Shown: piece by piece, positions 17,206-26,066 of the stretch
Numbering within the stretch: position 1 is the first letter of the stretch
Layout: every line of letters begins with the position of its first letter
Assembly: GCA_036398875.1 (NCBI GenBank)
Contig: DASWOE010000217.1
Span: forward strand, 1 to 44,857
DNA from: Rhizomicrobium sp.
GTDB lineage: Bacteria > Pseudomonadota > Alphaproteobacteria > Micropepsales > Micropepsaceae
Length of the DNA: 44,857 nucleotides
Direction: 5' to 3'
Notes under the pieces: model-generated
What the model saw: the letters and a program-made list of their open reading frames with translations, nothing else
Databases searched by the model: none
What the model was told of the DNA's origin: nothing
Program-made: the position numbers and the translations under genes

Positions 17206-18243
17206 ATGCTGGCCTTGCGCAAAACCCATCCGGGCACGGGCGTGGAATTGCACCACGTCCCCGAGCCGCCGGCGCCCGGGCCGGGCGAGGCGCTGATCGA
17301 GGTCGCGGCGACCGGCATTTGCGGGACCGATCTGGGAATCGACGACTGGATCCCGATGTACAAATCCTTCATGGCGAATGCGCTGCCCGTGACCATCGGC
17401 CATGAGACGGCCGGCCGCGTCGTCGCGCTGGGCACAGGCGTGCAGGGCCTGGCAACCGGCGACCGGGTCGTCGTCAATCCGGCGGTGGCTTGTGGGCGCT
17501 GCATCGCCTGCGACGCGGGCATGCCGGACGATTGCCGCAACCGCCAGGCCATCGGGCTGATCCGCGACGGTGCCTTCGCGCGCTATATGCTGGCGCCGGC
17601 GTCGTATCTCTATCGCCTGCCCGCCAATGTGCCGACCGAACTGGGCGCGCTGGCCGAGCCGCTGACCACCTCCGCGCACGCGCTGACCACCGCCGGGATG
17701 GCGCCGGGCAAGCGCGTCGTGGTCTTCGGACCCGGCCCCATCGGCCAGGGCGCCGCCCTCATCGCGCGCCAGATGGGCGCGACGGACGTGACCGTCGTCG
17801 GGCTGAACGATGCCGCGCGTTTCGGCACCCTGGCGCAGATGGGATTCGAGAACCTTGTGGACATGCGCGAGCCCGATGCCGCGGCGCGGCTGTCGTCCCT
17901 TGCGGGCGACGGCTTCGACATCGCCATCGAGGCGGCCGGCGTGCCGGTGGTCATCGATCAGGCGTTGGCGGTGTTGCGGCCCTGGGGCGTGCTTGCCGTC
18001 GCGGGGATGCCGGAAGCGCCCGCGACCGTCGATATCCTGAAGCTGGTGCGCAACCGGCTGCAGATCCGCGGCGTGTCGCGCGCACCGCGTGCGGCCTGGA
18101 CCATCGTGCTGGAGGCGCTGGCGAAGGAGCCGGACGCTTTCGCGCCGATGATCACGCATCGGCTGCCGCTGACGGACGCGTTGCGGGGATTTTCCCTTTG
18201 CGAAGCGCGCGAGGCGTCGAAGGTCCTCATCTATCCGCAGTAG
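17206..18243 (+). CDS. zinc-dependent medium-chain dehydrogenase (sorbitol/threonine DH-like)
   Basis: GICGTD, GHE, structural Zn CGRCIAC..C, AEPL and GPGPIG. Confidence 0.9.
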   Translation: MLALRKTHPGTGVELHHVPEPPAPGPGEALIEVAATGICGTDLGIDDWIPMYKSFMANALPVTIGHETAGRVVALGTGVQGLATGDRVVVNPAVACGRCIACDAGMPDDCRNRQAIGLIRDGAFARYMLAPASYLYRLPANVPTELGALAEPLTTSAHALTTAGMAPGKRVVVFGPGPIGQGAALIARQMGATDVTVVGLNDAARFGTLAQMGFENLVDMREPDAAARLSSLAGDGFDIAIEAAGVPVVIDQALAVLRPWGVLAVAGMPEAPATVDILKLVRNRLQIRGVSRAPRAAWTIVLEALAKEPDAFAPMITHRLPLTDALRGFSLCEAREASKVLIYPQ

Positions 18244-19495
18244 CGGGCGGCTCCTGCGCGTCGAGATCGCGCGCCAGCGTGCGGCCGACGCGGACGAAGA
18301 AGATCGCCGCGACCGGCCACAGGACGGCGATCGCGATCAGCGCCCAGCGCAGCGACAGCGGACCGAAGCCGGGCTTGAGCGCGTCGCTCAGCGCGCCGAC
18401 GGCCCATGGTCCGATGCCCTGTCCCGTCAGATTGACGACGAAGAGATAGGTCGCCGCGCCCATCGCGCGCATATGCGCGGGATAGAGGCCCTGCACCAGC
18501 GCGAAATTGGGACCGGAATAGACGATGCCCAGGAAGGCGGGCAGGAGAAACAGCGCCACGGCGAGCGCGTAGCTCGGTGCGAGCAGCGAGGCCATGAAGG
18601 CCGGCGCGGCGGCGACCAGCGCGACGGCGCTGATCCAGACATGCCAGCGCACATCGCCGCGCCCCAGCCGGTCCGCCGCGAAGCCGCCGAACAAAGTGCC
18701 GAGGCAGCCGCCGATGCCGATCGCGACCGAAAGCGTCGGCCCGACCGTCGCGGTGGTGCCGCCGAAGGCGCGCAGAAGATAGGCCGCGAACCAGGCGAGG
18801 AACGCATAGGACACCGTGGCCGCCAGGGGCGCCGCGATCATCAGATTGCGCAGTGCCGGCGTTGCGGCGATGTGGCGCAAAGCGTCCAACGGCGTCGCGC
18901 CGCCCGCGCGCCGCCGCGTGCGCGCGGGCTCGGGCACGGCGAAGCGCACGAACAGCGCCAGCGGAAGTCCCAGCGCGCTGAAGATCAGGAAGGCGGCGCG
19001 CCAGCCCCAGGCCGCGGCGATCAGCCCGCCGGCGGCGAAGGCGATCATCACGCCCAGATTGGCGCCGACCGAGAGAATGCCCATCGCCGTCGCGCGATCC
19101 TTGCGTCCGTAGAGATCGGCAATCATGGAGTGCGAGGTCGGCAGGCTGCCGGATTCGCCGACGCCGACCAGGACCCGGGCGGCGAGAAGCTGGGGAAAAC
19201 TGCTCACCAGGCCGCACAGCCCGGTCGCGAGACTCCAGAGCGCCAGCGCGACGGAGATGAGATTGCGCCGGTTGGCGCGGTCGGCCAGGAGCGCGAAGGG
19301 GATGCCCAGCGTGGCATAGAACATCGCAAAGGCGATGCCGGAGAGGAAGCCCAGTTGCGAATCCGACAACGCGAATTCGTGTCGGATGGGTTCGAGCAGA
19401 ATGCCCACCAGCTGGCGGTCGATCTGGTTGGCCGTATAGACCAGCGTCAGCGCGGCCAGCACGCCGAAGCGCGAGAGGTTGACGGTGCGGCTCAC
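18227..19495 (-). CDS. MFS transporter (spinster-like)
   Basis: About 12 TM segments; NQIDRQ, LADRANRRNL (motif A), RVLVGVGE and GWRAAF. Confidence 0.92.
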   Translation of the reverse strand: MSRTVNLSRFGVLAALTLVYTANQIDRQLVGILLEPIRHEFALSDSQLGFLSGIAFAMFYATLGIPFALLADRANRRNLISVALALWSLATGLCGLVSSFPQLLAARVLVGVGESGSLPTSHSMIADLYGRKDRATAMGILSVGANLGVMIAFAAGGLIAAAWGWRAAFLIFSALGLPLALFVRFAVPEPARTRRRAGGATPLDALRHIAATPALRNLMIAAPLAATVSYAFLAWFAAYLLRAFGGTTATVGPTLSVAIGIGGCLGTLFGGFAADRLGRGDVRWHVWISAVALVAAAPAFMASLLAPSYALAVALFLLPAFLGIVYSGPNFALVQGLYPAHMRAMGAATYLFVVNLTGQGIGPWAVGALSDALKPGFGPLSLRWALIAIAVLWPVAAIFFVRVGRTLARDLDAQEPPATADR

Positions 19496-19511
19496 GATTT
19501 TTGCCCCGGCG

Positions 19512-20396
19512 CTATTTCGCGCGGATGCGCACGACGCCGTCGCCGAATTTCGCGTCGCGGTTCTTGTAGGCGACCTTGACGCCGTGCTTGGCGGCGTCCT
19601 CCTTGAACCTGGTGCGCAGCGGCTGCTTCGACAGATGCGCCCGCGCGTCCATCTCGGTCGCGATCTTCTGCAGGTTGCGGGCGCCGGCCATTTCCAGCGC
19701 GACGTTCACGATGCGCTTCTGCGCCGCGAGCATGTCGGGATCGTTCTGCGCGATGTGCCTGGCGAGCGCATCGACTTCGGCATCGAGCTCATCGGCCGGG
19801 ACGCTGTCCAGCACCAGCCCGATGCGCGCCGCGTCGCGGCCGCTGATGCTGTCGCCGGTGAGCAGCAGCCGCTTCGCCCATTGCGGGCCTACATGATAGA
19901 ACCACATGTTGAGCGGCGGCGAGCCCAGGCCGCGCGTGCCGGGATGGCCGATCAGCGCATCGTCGGCCGCGATGATCATGTCGCAGAGCAAGGCGAGCTC
20001 CGAGCCGCCGGCCAGCGCGCGGCCATGCACCTTGGCGATCACGGGCTTGTGGATGTCCTGGATGACGAGCATCTGGTGCATCTTGCGGGTCATGGTCCAC
20101 ACATCGTCGTCGAACGTGCTGATGCGGGTGCGGTAGACGCCTTCGGGATCGGTCTGGTTCTTCGGATCGCTGCCATAGGAGAGGTCGTAGCCCGAGCAGA
20201 AATCGCTGCCCGCGCCGCTCAGCACGATGACATGCACGCTGTTCAAATCGTCGGCTTCCAGCATGGCGTCGTGCAGCTCCTTGATCAGCTCCGGCGACAG
20301 CGCATTGCGCCGGTCGGGCCGGTTGAGCCTGATCGCGGCGACCTTGTCCTTCACCTCGAACTGGATGAGGTCCGTCGTCTTGAGCCATTTCGCCAT
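19512..20396 (-). CDS. crotonase-superfamily protein (one catalytic Glu)
   Basis: LNRPDRRNALS, FCSGYDL and KPVIAKVHGRALAGGSE; HPG replaces PE. Start ATG 20396 with a GGAGG RBS. Confidence 0.9.
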   Translation of the reverse strand: MAKWLKTTDLIQFEVKDKVAAIRLNRPDRRNALSPELIKELHDAMLEADDLNSVHVIVLSGAGSDFCSGYDLSYGSDPKNQTDPEGVYRTRISTFDDDVWTMTRKMHQMLVIQDIHKPVIAKVHGRALAGGSELALLCDMIIAADDALIGHPGTRGLGSPPLNMWFYHVGPQWAKRLLLTGDSISGRDAARIGLVLDSVPADELDAEVDALARHIAQNDPDMLAAQKRIVNVALEMAGARNLQKIATEMDARAHLSKQPLRTRFKEDAAKHGVKVAYKNRDAKFGDGVVRIRAK

Positions 20397-20421
20397 GGAT
20401 GTTTCCTCCCGATGATATTTT

Positions 20422-22572
20422 TTAGTCCGCCGCGTGACGCACGACCAGCGCATCGACGGCGATTATCCGGTTGTCCGTGCAGATCAGCGGATTGACGTCG
20501 ATCTCGGCGATCTCGCCGGCCAGATCGACCGCCAGTTCCGACAGGCGGACGACGACCTCCGCGAGCGCGTCGATATCGGCGGCCGCCGCGCCGCGATAGC
20601 CCTCCAGCAGGCGATAGCCCCTCAGCCGCGTCAGCATGTCCAGCGCCAGCGGCTTATCGACCGGCGCCAGCTCGGCGATGCTGTCGCGCAGCACCTCGAC
20701 GAGAACGCCGCCCAGTCCGACCACGACCATGGGGCCGAAGGTGGGATCGCATTGCGTGCCGACCACGATCTCCAGTCCCGGCGGGATCATGGGCTGCACC
20801 AGCACGCCGCGGATGTCGGGCTTGGGATCGAGGCGCGACGCCGCAGCCGTCACGGCCCGGTAAGCGCTGCGCACGGCATCGGCATCGCTTATGCCGAGGC
20901 GCACGACGCCGGCCTCCGTCTTGTGCGGGATGTCCGGCGATTCCACTTTCAACACCACGGGGAAGCCGAGGTCCTTCGCGGCGGCAACGGCGTCGGCTTC
21001 GGACCGCACCACGATGTCGCGCGCGACCGGGACGCCGTAGGTTTCGAGCAGCGCCTTGCCTTCGCGCTCGCTGAGCTTCGCGCCGGCCTTGGCGAGAATC
21101 GCCCGCGCGGTTTTCGCGGCGGCGTGCGCCGCGCCGTCGCGCCTGCGATAATTCCCCTGCCGCAGGCGGCGCTCGCGCCAGAGCCAACCGGCCAGCGCCT
21201 GGAAGCAGCGATCGGTGGTGTGGAACAGTGCGGCGTGCGGATCGGACTCATATTCGCTCGACCCGGGACCCTGGAGCCATTCGGACAGCCAGGAGATGCA
21301 CACCGGCTTGCCGCTCGCCTTCGCCAGTTCGGAGAACATCGGCACCTGCCGCGGCGTGTTGGGCGTGATCGACGGCGTCATCACGACCAGCGCCGCATAG
21401 GCGGGGTCCCGCAGCATGGCTTCGGCGCAAAGCCGGTAGGATTGCGGATTGGCCGCGACCTGGGCGGTGATATCGCAGGGATTGTTGGGCGAGCCGAACT
21501 CCGGAATGTTCGCTTCGAGGATCGCGCGCGTCGCCGGCGCCGGGGGCGGCATCGGCACCTGGCGCTTCTCGGCCTTGTCCAGCGTGATCACGCAGCCGCC
21601 GCCGGAGGCCGCCATCGCGGCCACGCCCTCGCCGCGCGGATGCCCGGCCTTGGCGAGGAAGCTCGCGGTTTCGTAGACGTCCTCCATGTTCTCGACCGCG
21701 ACGATGCCTGCACGGCGATAGGCGGCTTCGTAGGCCGCGTTCGACCCGGCCAGCGTGCCCGTATGCGACATCGCCGCTTTCGCGCCGGCCGCGCCGGTCG
21801 CGATCTTGTGCATGACGATGGGCTTGTCCGCCGCCAGCGCCTTTTCGCCGGCCTCCAGCAGGCGCTCGCCGTCCTTCAGGCCTTCGGCGATGCAGGTGAT
21901 GACGCGGCAGCCGGGATCCTCGGCGAGATAGGAGATGTAATCGCAGACATCGACGTCGCAGGAATTTCCGGCGGAGAAGAAATGGCTGAAGCTGCCGCCG
22001 CGCTCGGCAACCTGGGTCAGCGCATGGCCAAGCCCGCCCGATTGCGAGACCAGGCCGATGGGGCCGGGCCGCCACGGCAAGCTCGCGTAAGACGCGACGA
22101 ACAGCATCCCGGCATGGCGCAGATTGTTGGCGATGCCGATGCAGTTGGGCCCGACGATGCGCATGCCGGCGCCGCGGCCGATATCGGCGAGGCGCTGCTG
22201 CTGGCGCACGCGGTCGGCGTGCCCGGTTTCGGAGAAGCCGGATGCATAGATGATGCACGCGCCGGTGCCGGCGGCGGCGCATTGCTCGACCGCCGCTTCG
22301 ACGCTCTCGCGCGGCAGCGCGAGGATGGCGCAATCGATCCGTTCCGGCAGGCCGGCGATGGCCGGATAGCACGTCACGCCATGCAGTTCGCCGCCGCGCG
22401 GATTGACGCCATAGAGCCGGCCACCGGCGCGCTCGGCGAGATTGCGCACGGTGCGCGCGCCGAACGACGCCTCGTTGCTGGACAGGCCGACGATCGCGAT
22501 CGTGTCCGGCTCGATGAGCCGCTTCAGATCGGCGCGGCTGTAGATGGCACGGTGGGTCTTACGCCAGGGCAC
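20422..22572 (-). CDS. ADP-forming acyl-CoA synthetase (acetate-CoA ligase family, fused alpha-beta)
   Basis: GPNCIG, SQSGG, SAGN, phospho-His SHTG, NPCDIT and ATP-grasp (HKTEAGVV, DPTFGP, EIDVNPL). GTG 22572 follows a GAGGA RBS. Confidence 0.9.
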   Translation of the reverse strand: MPWRKTHRAIYSRADLKRLIEPDTIAIVGLSSNEASFGARTVRNLAERAGGRLYGVNPRGGELHGVTCYPAIAGLPERIDCAILALPRESVEAAVEQCAAAGTGACIIYASGFSETGHADRVRQQQRLADIGRGAGMRIVGPNCIGIANNLRHAGMLFVASYASLPWRPGPIGLVSQSGGLGHALTQVAERGGSFSHFFSAGNSCDVDVCDYISYLAEDPGCRVITCIAEGLKDGERLLEAGEKALAADKPIVMHKIATGAAGAKAAMSHTGTLAGSNAAYEAAYRRAGIVAVENMEDVYETASFLAKAGHPRGEGVAAMAASGGGCVITLDKAEKRQVPMPPPAPATRAILEANIPEFGSPNNPCDITAQVAANPQSYRLCAEAMLRDPAYAALVVMTPSITPNTPRQVPMFSELAKASGKPVCISWLSEWLQGPGSSEYESDPHAALFHTTDRCFQALAGWLWRERRLRQGNYRRRDGAAHAAAKTARAILAKAGAKLSEREGKALLETYGVPVARDIVVRSEADAVAAAKDLGFPVVLKVESPDIPHKTEAGVVRLGISDADAVRSAYRAVTAAASRLDPKPDIRGVLVQPMIPPGLEIVVGTQCDPTFGPMVVVGLGGVLVEVLRDSIAELAPVDKPLALDMLTRLRGYRLLEGYRGAAAADIDALAEVVVRLSELAVDLAGEIAEIDVNPLICTDNRIIAVDALVVRHAAD

Positions 22573-22591
22573 GCTGTCCTCGACGCCGCGT

Positions 22592-23821
22592 TCAGTTGCG
22601 GCCGGTTGGAATCTTGTTGAAGGGAATGTCCTTGTCGGCGCGCATGTCGGCCGGCAGGCCCAGCACGCGCTCGGCGACGATGTTGCGCATGATCTCGTCG
22701 GTGCCGCCGGCGATGCGCTTGCCCGGCGCATAGAGCAGCGCGTTCTGGAACCAGGCGTTCATCGGCGCGCTCTCATCCATCACGCCGCCGGCCATGCCCA
22801 GCAGATCCATGCCGTAGGAGGCGATCTCCTGCAGCTTGGGGGCGCTGATCAGCTTGCCGATGGAGGATTCGGGGCCCGGATTCTCGCCGCGCGACAGCGC
22901 CGTGAGCGTGCGGAAGCGGATATATCTGAGGCCCTGGCGCTTGATGTACCAGTCGGCGAGGCGCTCGCGCACCGCGTCGCTCTCCAGCGCCGCCACGCCG
23001 CCCGGCGCATGGCCGCGGGCGAAGGCGAAGATGTCCTCGAAATCCGGGCCTTCGGATTCGCCGATCGTGTAGCGCTCATTGGCCAGCGTGGTGATGGCGA
23101 CCTTCCAGCCCTCGCCGACCTTGCCCAGGCGCTGGCTGTCGGGGATGCGCACATTGTCGAGGAAGACTTCGGTGAAGTTCGACACGCCGGAAATCTGCCT
23201 GATGCGGCGCACCGCGATGCCCGGCGTCTTCATGCCGAGATGGAAGAAGGTCAAGCCGGCATGCTTGGCGACGGTGGGATCGCTGCGCGCGACCAGGATG
23301 GCGTGGTCGGCGAAGTGGGCGTTGGAATTCCAGATCTTGTGGCCGTTGACGATCCATTCGTCGCCGACCAGCTCGGCCCGCGTGCGCAAGCCGGCGAGAT
23401 CGGAGCCGGCGGAGGGTTCGGAGAACAGCTGGCACCAGATCTCGTCGCCGCGCAGCGCAGGGCGCGCATAGCGTTCGATCGTTTCCGGCGGCGCGTAAGT
23501 CATCATGGTGGGAATGACGAGGCCGACGCCCTGGTTGAACACGCCGCGCGGAACGACGTAGTTCTCTTCTTCCTGATTGTAGATGATCTGCTGCAGCGGC
23601 GTGCCGCCGCGCCCGCCATAGCGGCGCGGCCAGGTCATGCCGGCAAACCCGGCGTCAGCCTTCTTCGCCTGCCACGCCTGGGCGCGCTTCACGGCGGCGG
23701 CGTCGAGTTCGAGGCTCTGATAGGCGCGGGTGGCGCGCGTCTTGCGCGCGGCATTGGCGCTCAGGAACGCGACGGCCTCGGCGCGGAACGCGGCTTCTTG
23801 CGGCGTGTCGTCGAAATCCAT
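22592..23821 (-). CDS. acyl-CoA dehydrogenase, catalytic subunit of a heteromeric pair (PimC/FadE26-like)
   Basis: WCQLFSEPSAGSDLA, NGHKIW, FTEVFLDNV, TLANER (G-helix Glu) and IAGGTDEI. Confidence 0.92.
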   Translation of the reverse strand: MDFDDTPQEAAFRAEAVAFLSANAARKTRATRAYQSLELDAAAVKRAQAWQAKKADAGFAGMTWPRRYGGRGGTPLQQIIYNQEEENYVVPRGVFNQGVGLVIPTMMTYAPPETIERYARPALRGDEIWCQLFSEPSAGSDLAGLRTRAELVGDEWIVNGHKIWNSNAHFADHAILVARSDPTVAKHAGLTFFHLGMKTPGIAVRRIRQISGVSNFTEVFLDNVRIPDSQRLGKVGEGWKVAITTLANERYTIGESEGPDFEDIFAFARGHAPGGVAALESDAVRERLADWYIKRQGLRYIRFRTLTALSRGENPGPESSIGKLISAPKLQEIASYGMDLLGMAGGVMDESAPMNAWFQNALLYAPGKRIAGGTDEIMRNIVAERVLGLPADMRADKDIPFNKIPTGRN

Positions 23822-23824
23822 CGC

Positions 23825-24949
23825 CTACTCCGCCGCCGCGAGTTCGGCGCGTTCCAACTCGCCGATGAGACGGTCGCGCCAATAGGGCGCGCTGCCGAGC
23901 AGGAGCGACAGCATCTTGGCGCGGCGGTAATGGAGATGGCAGTCCATCTCCCAGGTGAATCCCATGCCGCCGTGAATCTGGATGTTCTCCTTCGCGTTCA
24001 GGTAATACGCATCGCTCGCCGCGAGGCGCGCCGCGGCGGCGGCCGTCGCCAGTTCCGGCGCGTCGTTGGAGATCGCCCAGGCGCCGTAATAGGCATGCGC
24101 CCGCGCCAGTTCGAGCGCGACATACATGTCGGCGAGGCGATGCTTGATGGCCTGGAACGACGCGATGGGACGGCCGAAGGCATAGCGGCCCATCGCGTAG
24201 TCCTTGGCCATGGTCAGGCAGGCCTGCGCGCCGCCGACCTGCTCGAAGGCGATGAAGACCGCGGCGCGGTCGAGCACGCGCTGCACCGCCTCCCAACCCC
24301 TGCCATCCACGCGCAGCGGCTCCGCCGGCGCGTTGTCGAAGGAAAGCGTCGCGTAGTTGCGGCTGGGATCGACGGTGTCGAGCGTCGTGCGCGTCACGCC
24401 GGGGCCGTCGAGCGCCGTGGCATAGAGCCCGATCTCGCCGCCGCGATCCTTCGCGACGACGATCGCCAGTTCGGCGATGGCGCCGTCCGGCACCGGCGTC
24501 TTGCGGCCGCAGAGCCGGCCGTTGCGAAACTGGACTTCGATGGCGCGCGGCGACGGATTGCCGGGGCCTTCGGCGAGCGCGAAGGTCGCGACCGCGTCGC
24601 CGGCCGCGATGCGCGGCAGGTATTCGCGCTTCTGCGCTTCGTCGCCGTCCGCCAGGATGGCTTGCGCCGCCATGTAGATGCTCGACGAGAACGGCACCGG
24701 CGCCAGCGACGCGCCGATCTCGCCCGCGATCACGCAAAGCGCTTCATGGCCGATGCCCGAGCCGCCGAACGCTTCGGGAATGGCGACGCCGGTCCATCCG
24801 AGCTCGCCCATCGCACGCCAAAGACCCGAATCGAACGCGACCTCGCCGTCGAGCGCGCGGCGAACGGCCTTGGGCGGACAACGATCGCCCAGAAACCGCC
24901 GCGCCTCCTCGCGCATCGCTTTGACCTCGTCCGAGAAGTCGAAATTCAC
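23825..24949 (-). CDS. acyl-CoA dehydrogenase, partner subunit (PimD/FadE27-like)
   Basis: Shorter ACAD with RYAFGRPIASFQAIKH and QIHGGMGFTWE; lacks the C-terminal IxxGT motif; 3 nt from its partner. Confidence 0.9.
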   Translation of the reverse strand: MNFDFSDEVKAMREEARRFLGDRCPPKAVRRALDGEVAFDSGLWRAMGELGWTGVAIPEAFGGSGIGHEALCVIAGEIGASLAPVPFSSSIYMAAQAILADGDEAQKREYLPRIAAGDAVATFALAEGPGNPSPRAIEVQFRNGRLCGRKTPVPDGAIAELAIVVAKDRGGEIGLYATALDGPGVTRTTLDTVDPSRNYATLSFDNAPAEPLRVDGRGWEAVQRVLDRAAVFIAFEQVGGAQACLTMAKDYAMGRYAFGRPIASFQAIKHRLADMYVALELARAHAYYGAWAISNDAPELATAAAAARLAASDAYYLNAKENIQIHGGMGFTWEMDCHLHYRRAKMLSLLLGSAPYWRDRLIGELERAELAAAE

Positions 24950-25110
24950 GCCCGATGTCCCTTCCCCGGCGCCGCGATTGTAGAGAATGCGGCGGCCGCT
25001 TCACCCTGGATTCGAGGCTTGCCGACATTTGCGTCCGCGGGCCGAATCCTTTAGATTATACAATAGGTTGCGACCGCTTTCCTCTTTCGATACTGGGCAG
25101 GCGGCTGGAC

Positions 25111-25154
25111 GCCCACAAACTATTTTTCATAATGACGAAATGAACAAGCCTCAT
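25111..25154 (-). promoter_or_regulatory. bipartite LysR-type operator, copy 5 (ACAD operon; overlaps lysR start)
   Basis: Minus strand ATGAGGCTTGTTCAT-ttcgtcatt-ATGAAAAATAGTTTGTGGGC; the last 23 nt match copy 7 at 20 of 23 positions. Confidence 0.82.
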
Positions 25155-26066
25155 CTTCGCAGAAGCCGGCGCGTGCCGCCGCTCAATCCGCTGCGCGCCT
25201 TCGAGGCGGCGGCGCGGCATTTGAGTTTCACCAACGCGGCCGACGAATTGTGCGTGACGCAGGGCGCGATCAGCCGCTCGATCAAGGCGCTGGAGAATTA
25301 CATGGGCACGCCGCTGTTCGAGCGGACGGGCCATGGCCTCGCCCTGACCGACAACAGCAAGACCTTCGCGCATGCCTTGACGGAAATCTTCACGCGGCTC
25401 GCCGACGAGACCGACAAATTCGTCGGCATCCAGACGCAGAAGGTGCTGACGGTCCGCGCCTATACCAGTTTCCTGATGAACTTCCTGATTCCGATGCTGC
25501 CCGACTTCCAGCTGCACCATCCGGACGTGAAGGTGCGGCTGATCTCGGCGACCGACAAGTCGGACCTGGAGCAGGAGACCTTCGACGTGCGCGTCCGCTA
25601 TGGGCGCGGCCATTGGAAGGATCTGGACAGCGTCCTGCTGTTCCACGACGAGGTCTCGCCGGTCTGCAGCCCCAACATCCTGTCGCCCGGCGACCGGCCC
25701 TATCCGGTCGAGGTGCTGAAGGAACTGACCCTGCTGCATCCGGAGTTGCGCCATACCGACTGGCCGGACTGGCTGCCGCTGGCCGGCGCGCACGACCTGT
25801 CGCCGCACGACAATCTGTATTTGGACGAATTGAGCGTGACCTATCAGGCGGCGATCGCGGGCCTGGGCCTTGCCATGGGCCAGCGCGTCTATCTGCGCAA
25901 CGAACTGAGCAACGGCCAGCTCTTCCACCCCTTCGACCTCACCCTGAAGCGCGATTTCGGCTACTATCTGATCTATCCGCGCGAGCGGCGCGACAATCGC
26001 GACATCATCGTGTTCCGCGACTGGCTGGTCGCCGCGTCGAAGGCCGCGCTCAGCCAGGCGCTCTGA
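25140..26066 (+). CDS. LysR family transcriptional regulator (GcvA-like)
   Basis: PPLNPLRAFEAAARHLSFTNAADELCVTQGAISRSIKALE HTH and a GcvA-type substrate domain. Start at ATG 25140 or in-frame GTG 25173. Confidence 0.95.
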   Translation: MNKPHLRRSRRVPPLNPLRAFEAAARHLSFTNAADELCVTQGAISRSIKALENYMGTPLFERTGHGLALTDNSKTFAHALTEIFTRLADETDKFVGIQTQKVLTVRAYTSFLMNFLIPMLPDFQLHHPDVKVRLISATDKSDLEQETFDVRVRYGRGHWKDLDSVLLFHDEVSPVCSPNILSPGDRPYPVEVLKELTLLHPELRHTDWPDWLPLAGAHDLSPHDNLYLDELSVTYQAAIAGLGLAMGQRVYLRNELSNGQLFHPFDLTLKRDFGYYLIYPRERRDNRDIIVFRDWLVAASKAALSQAL

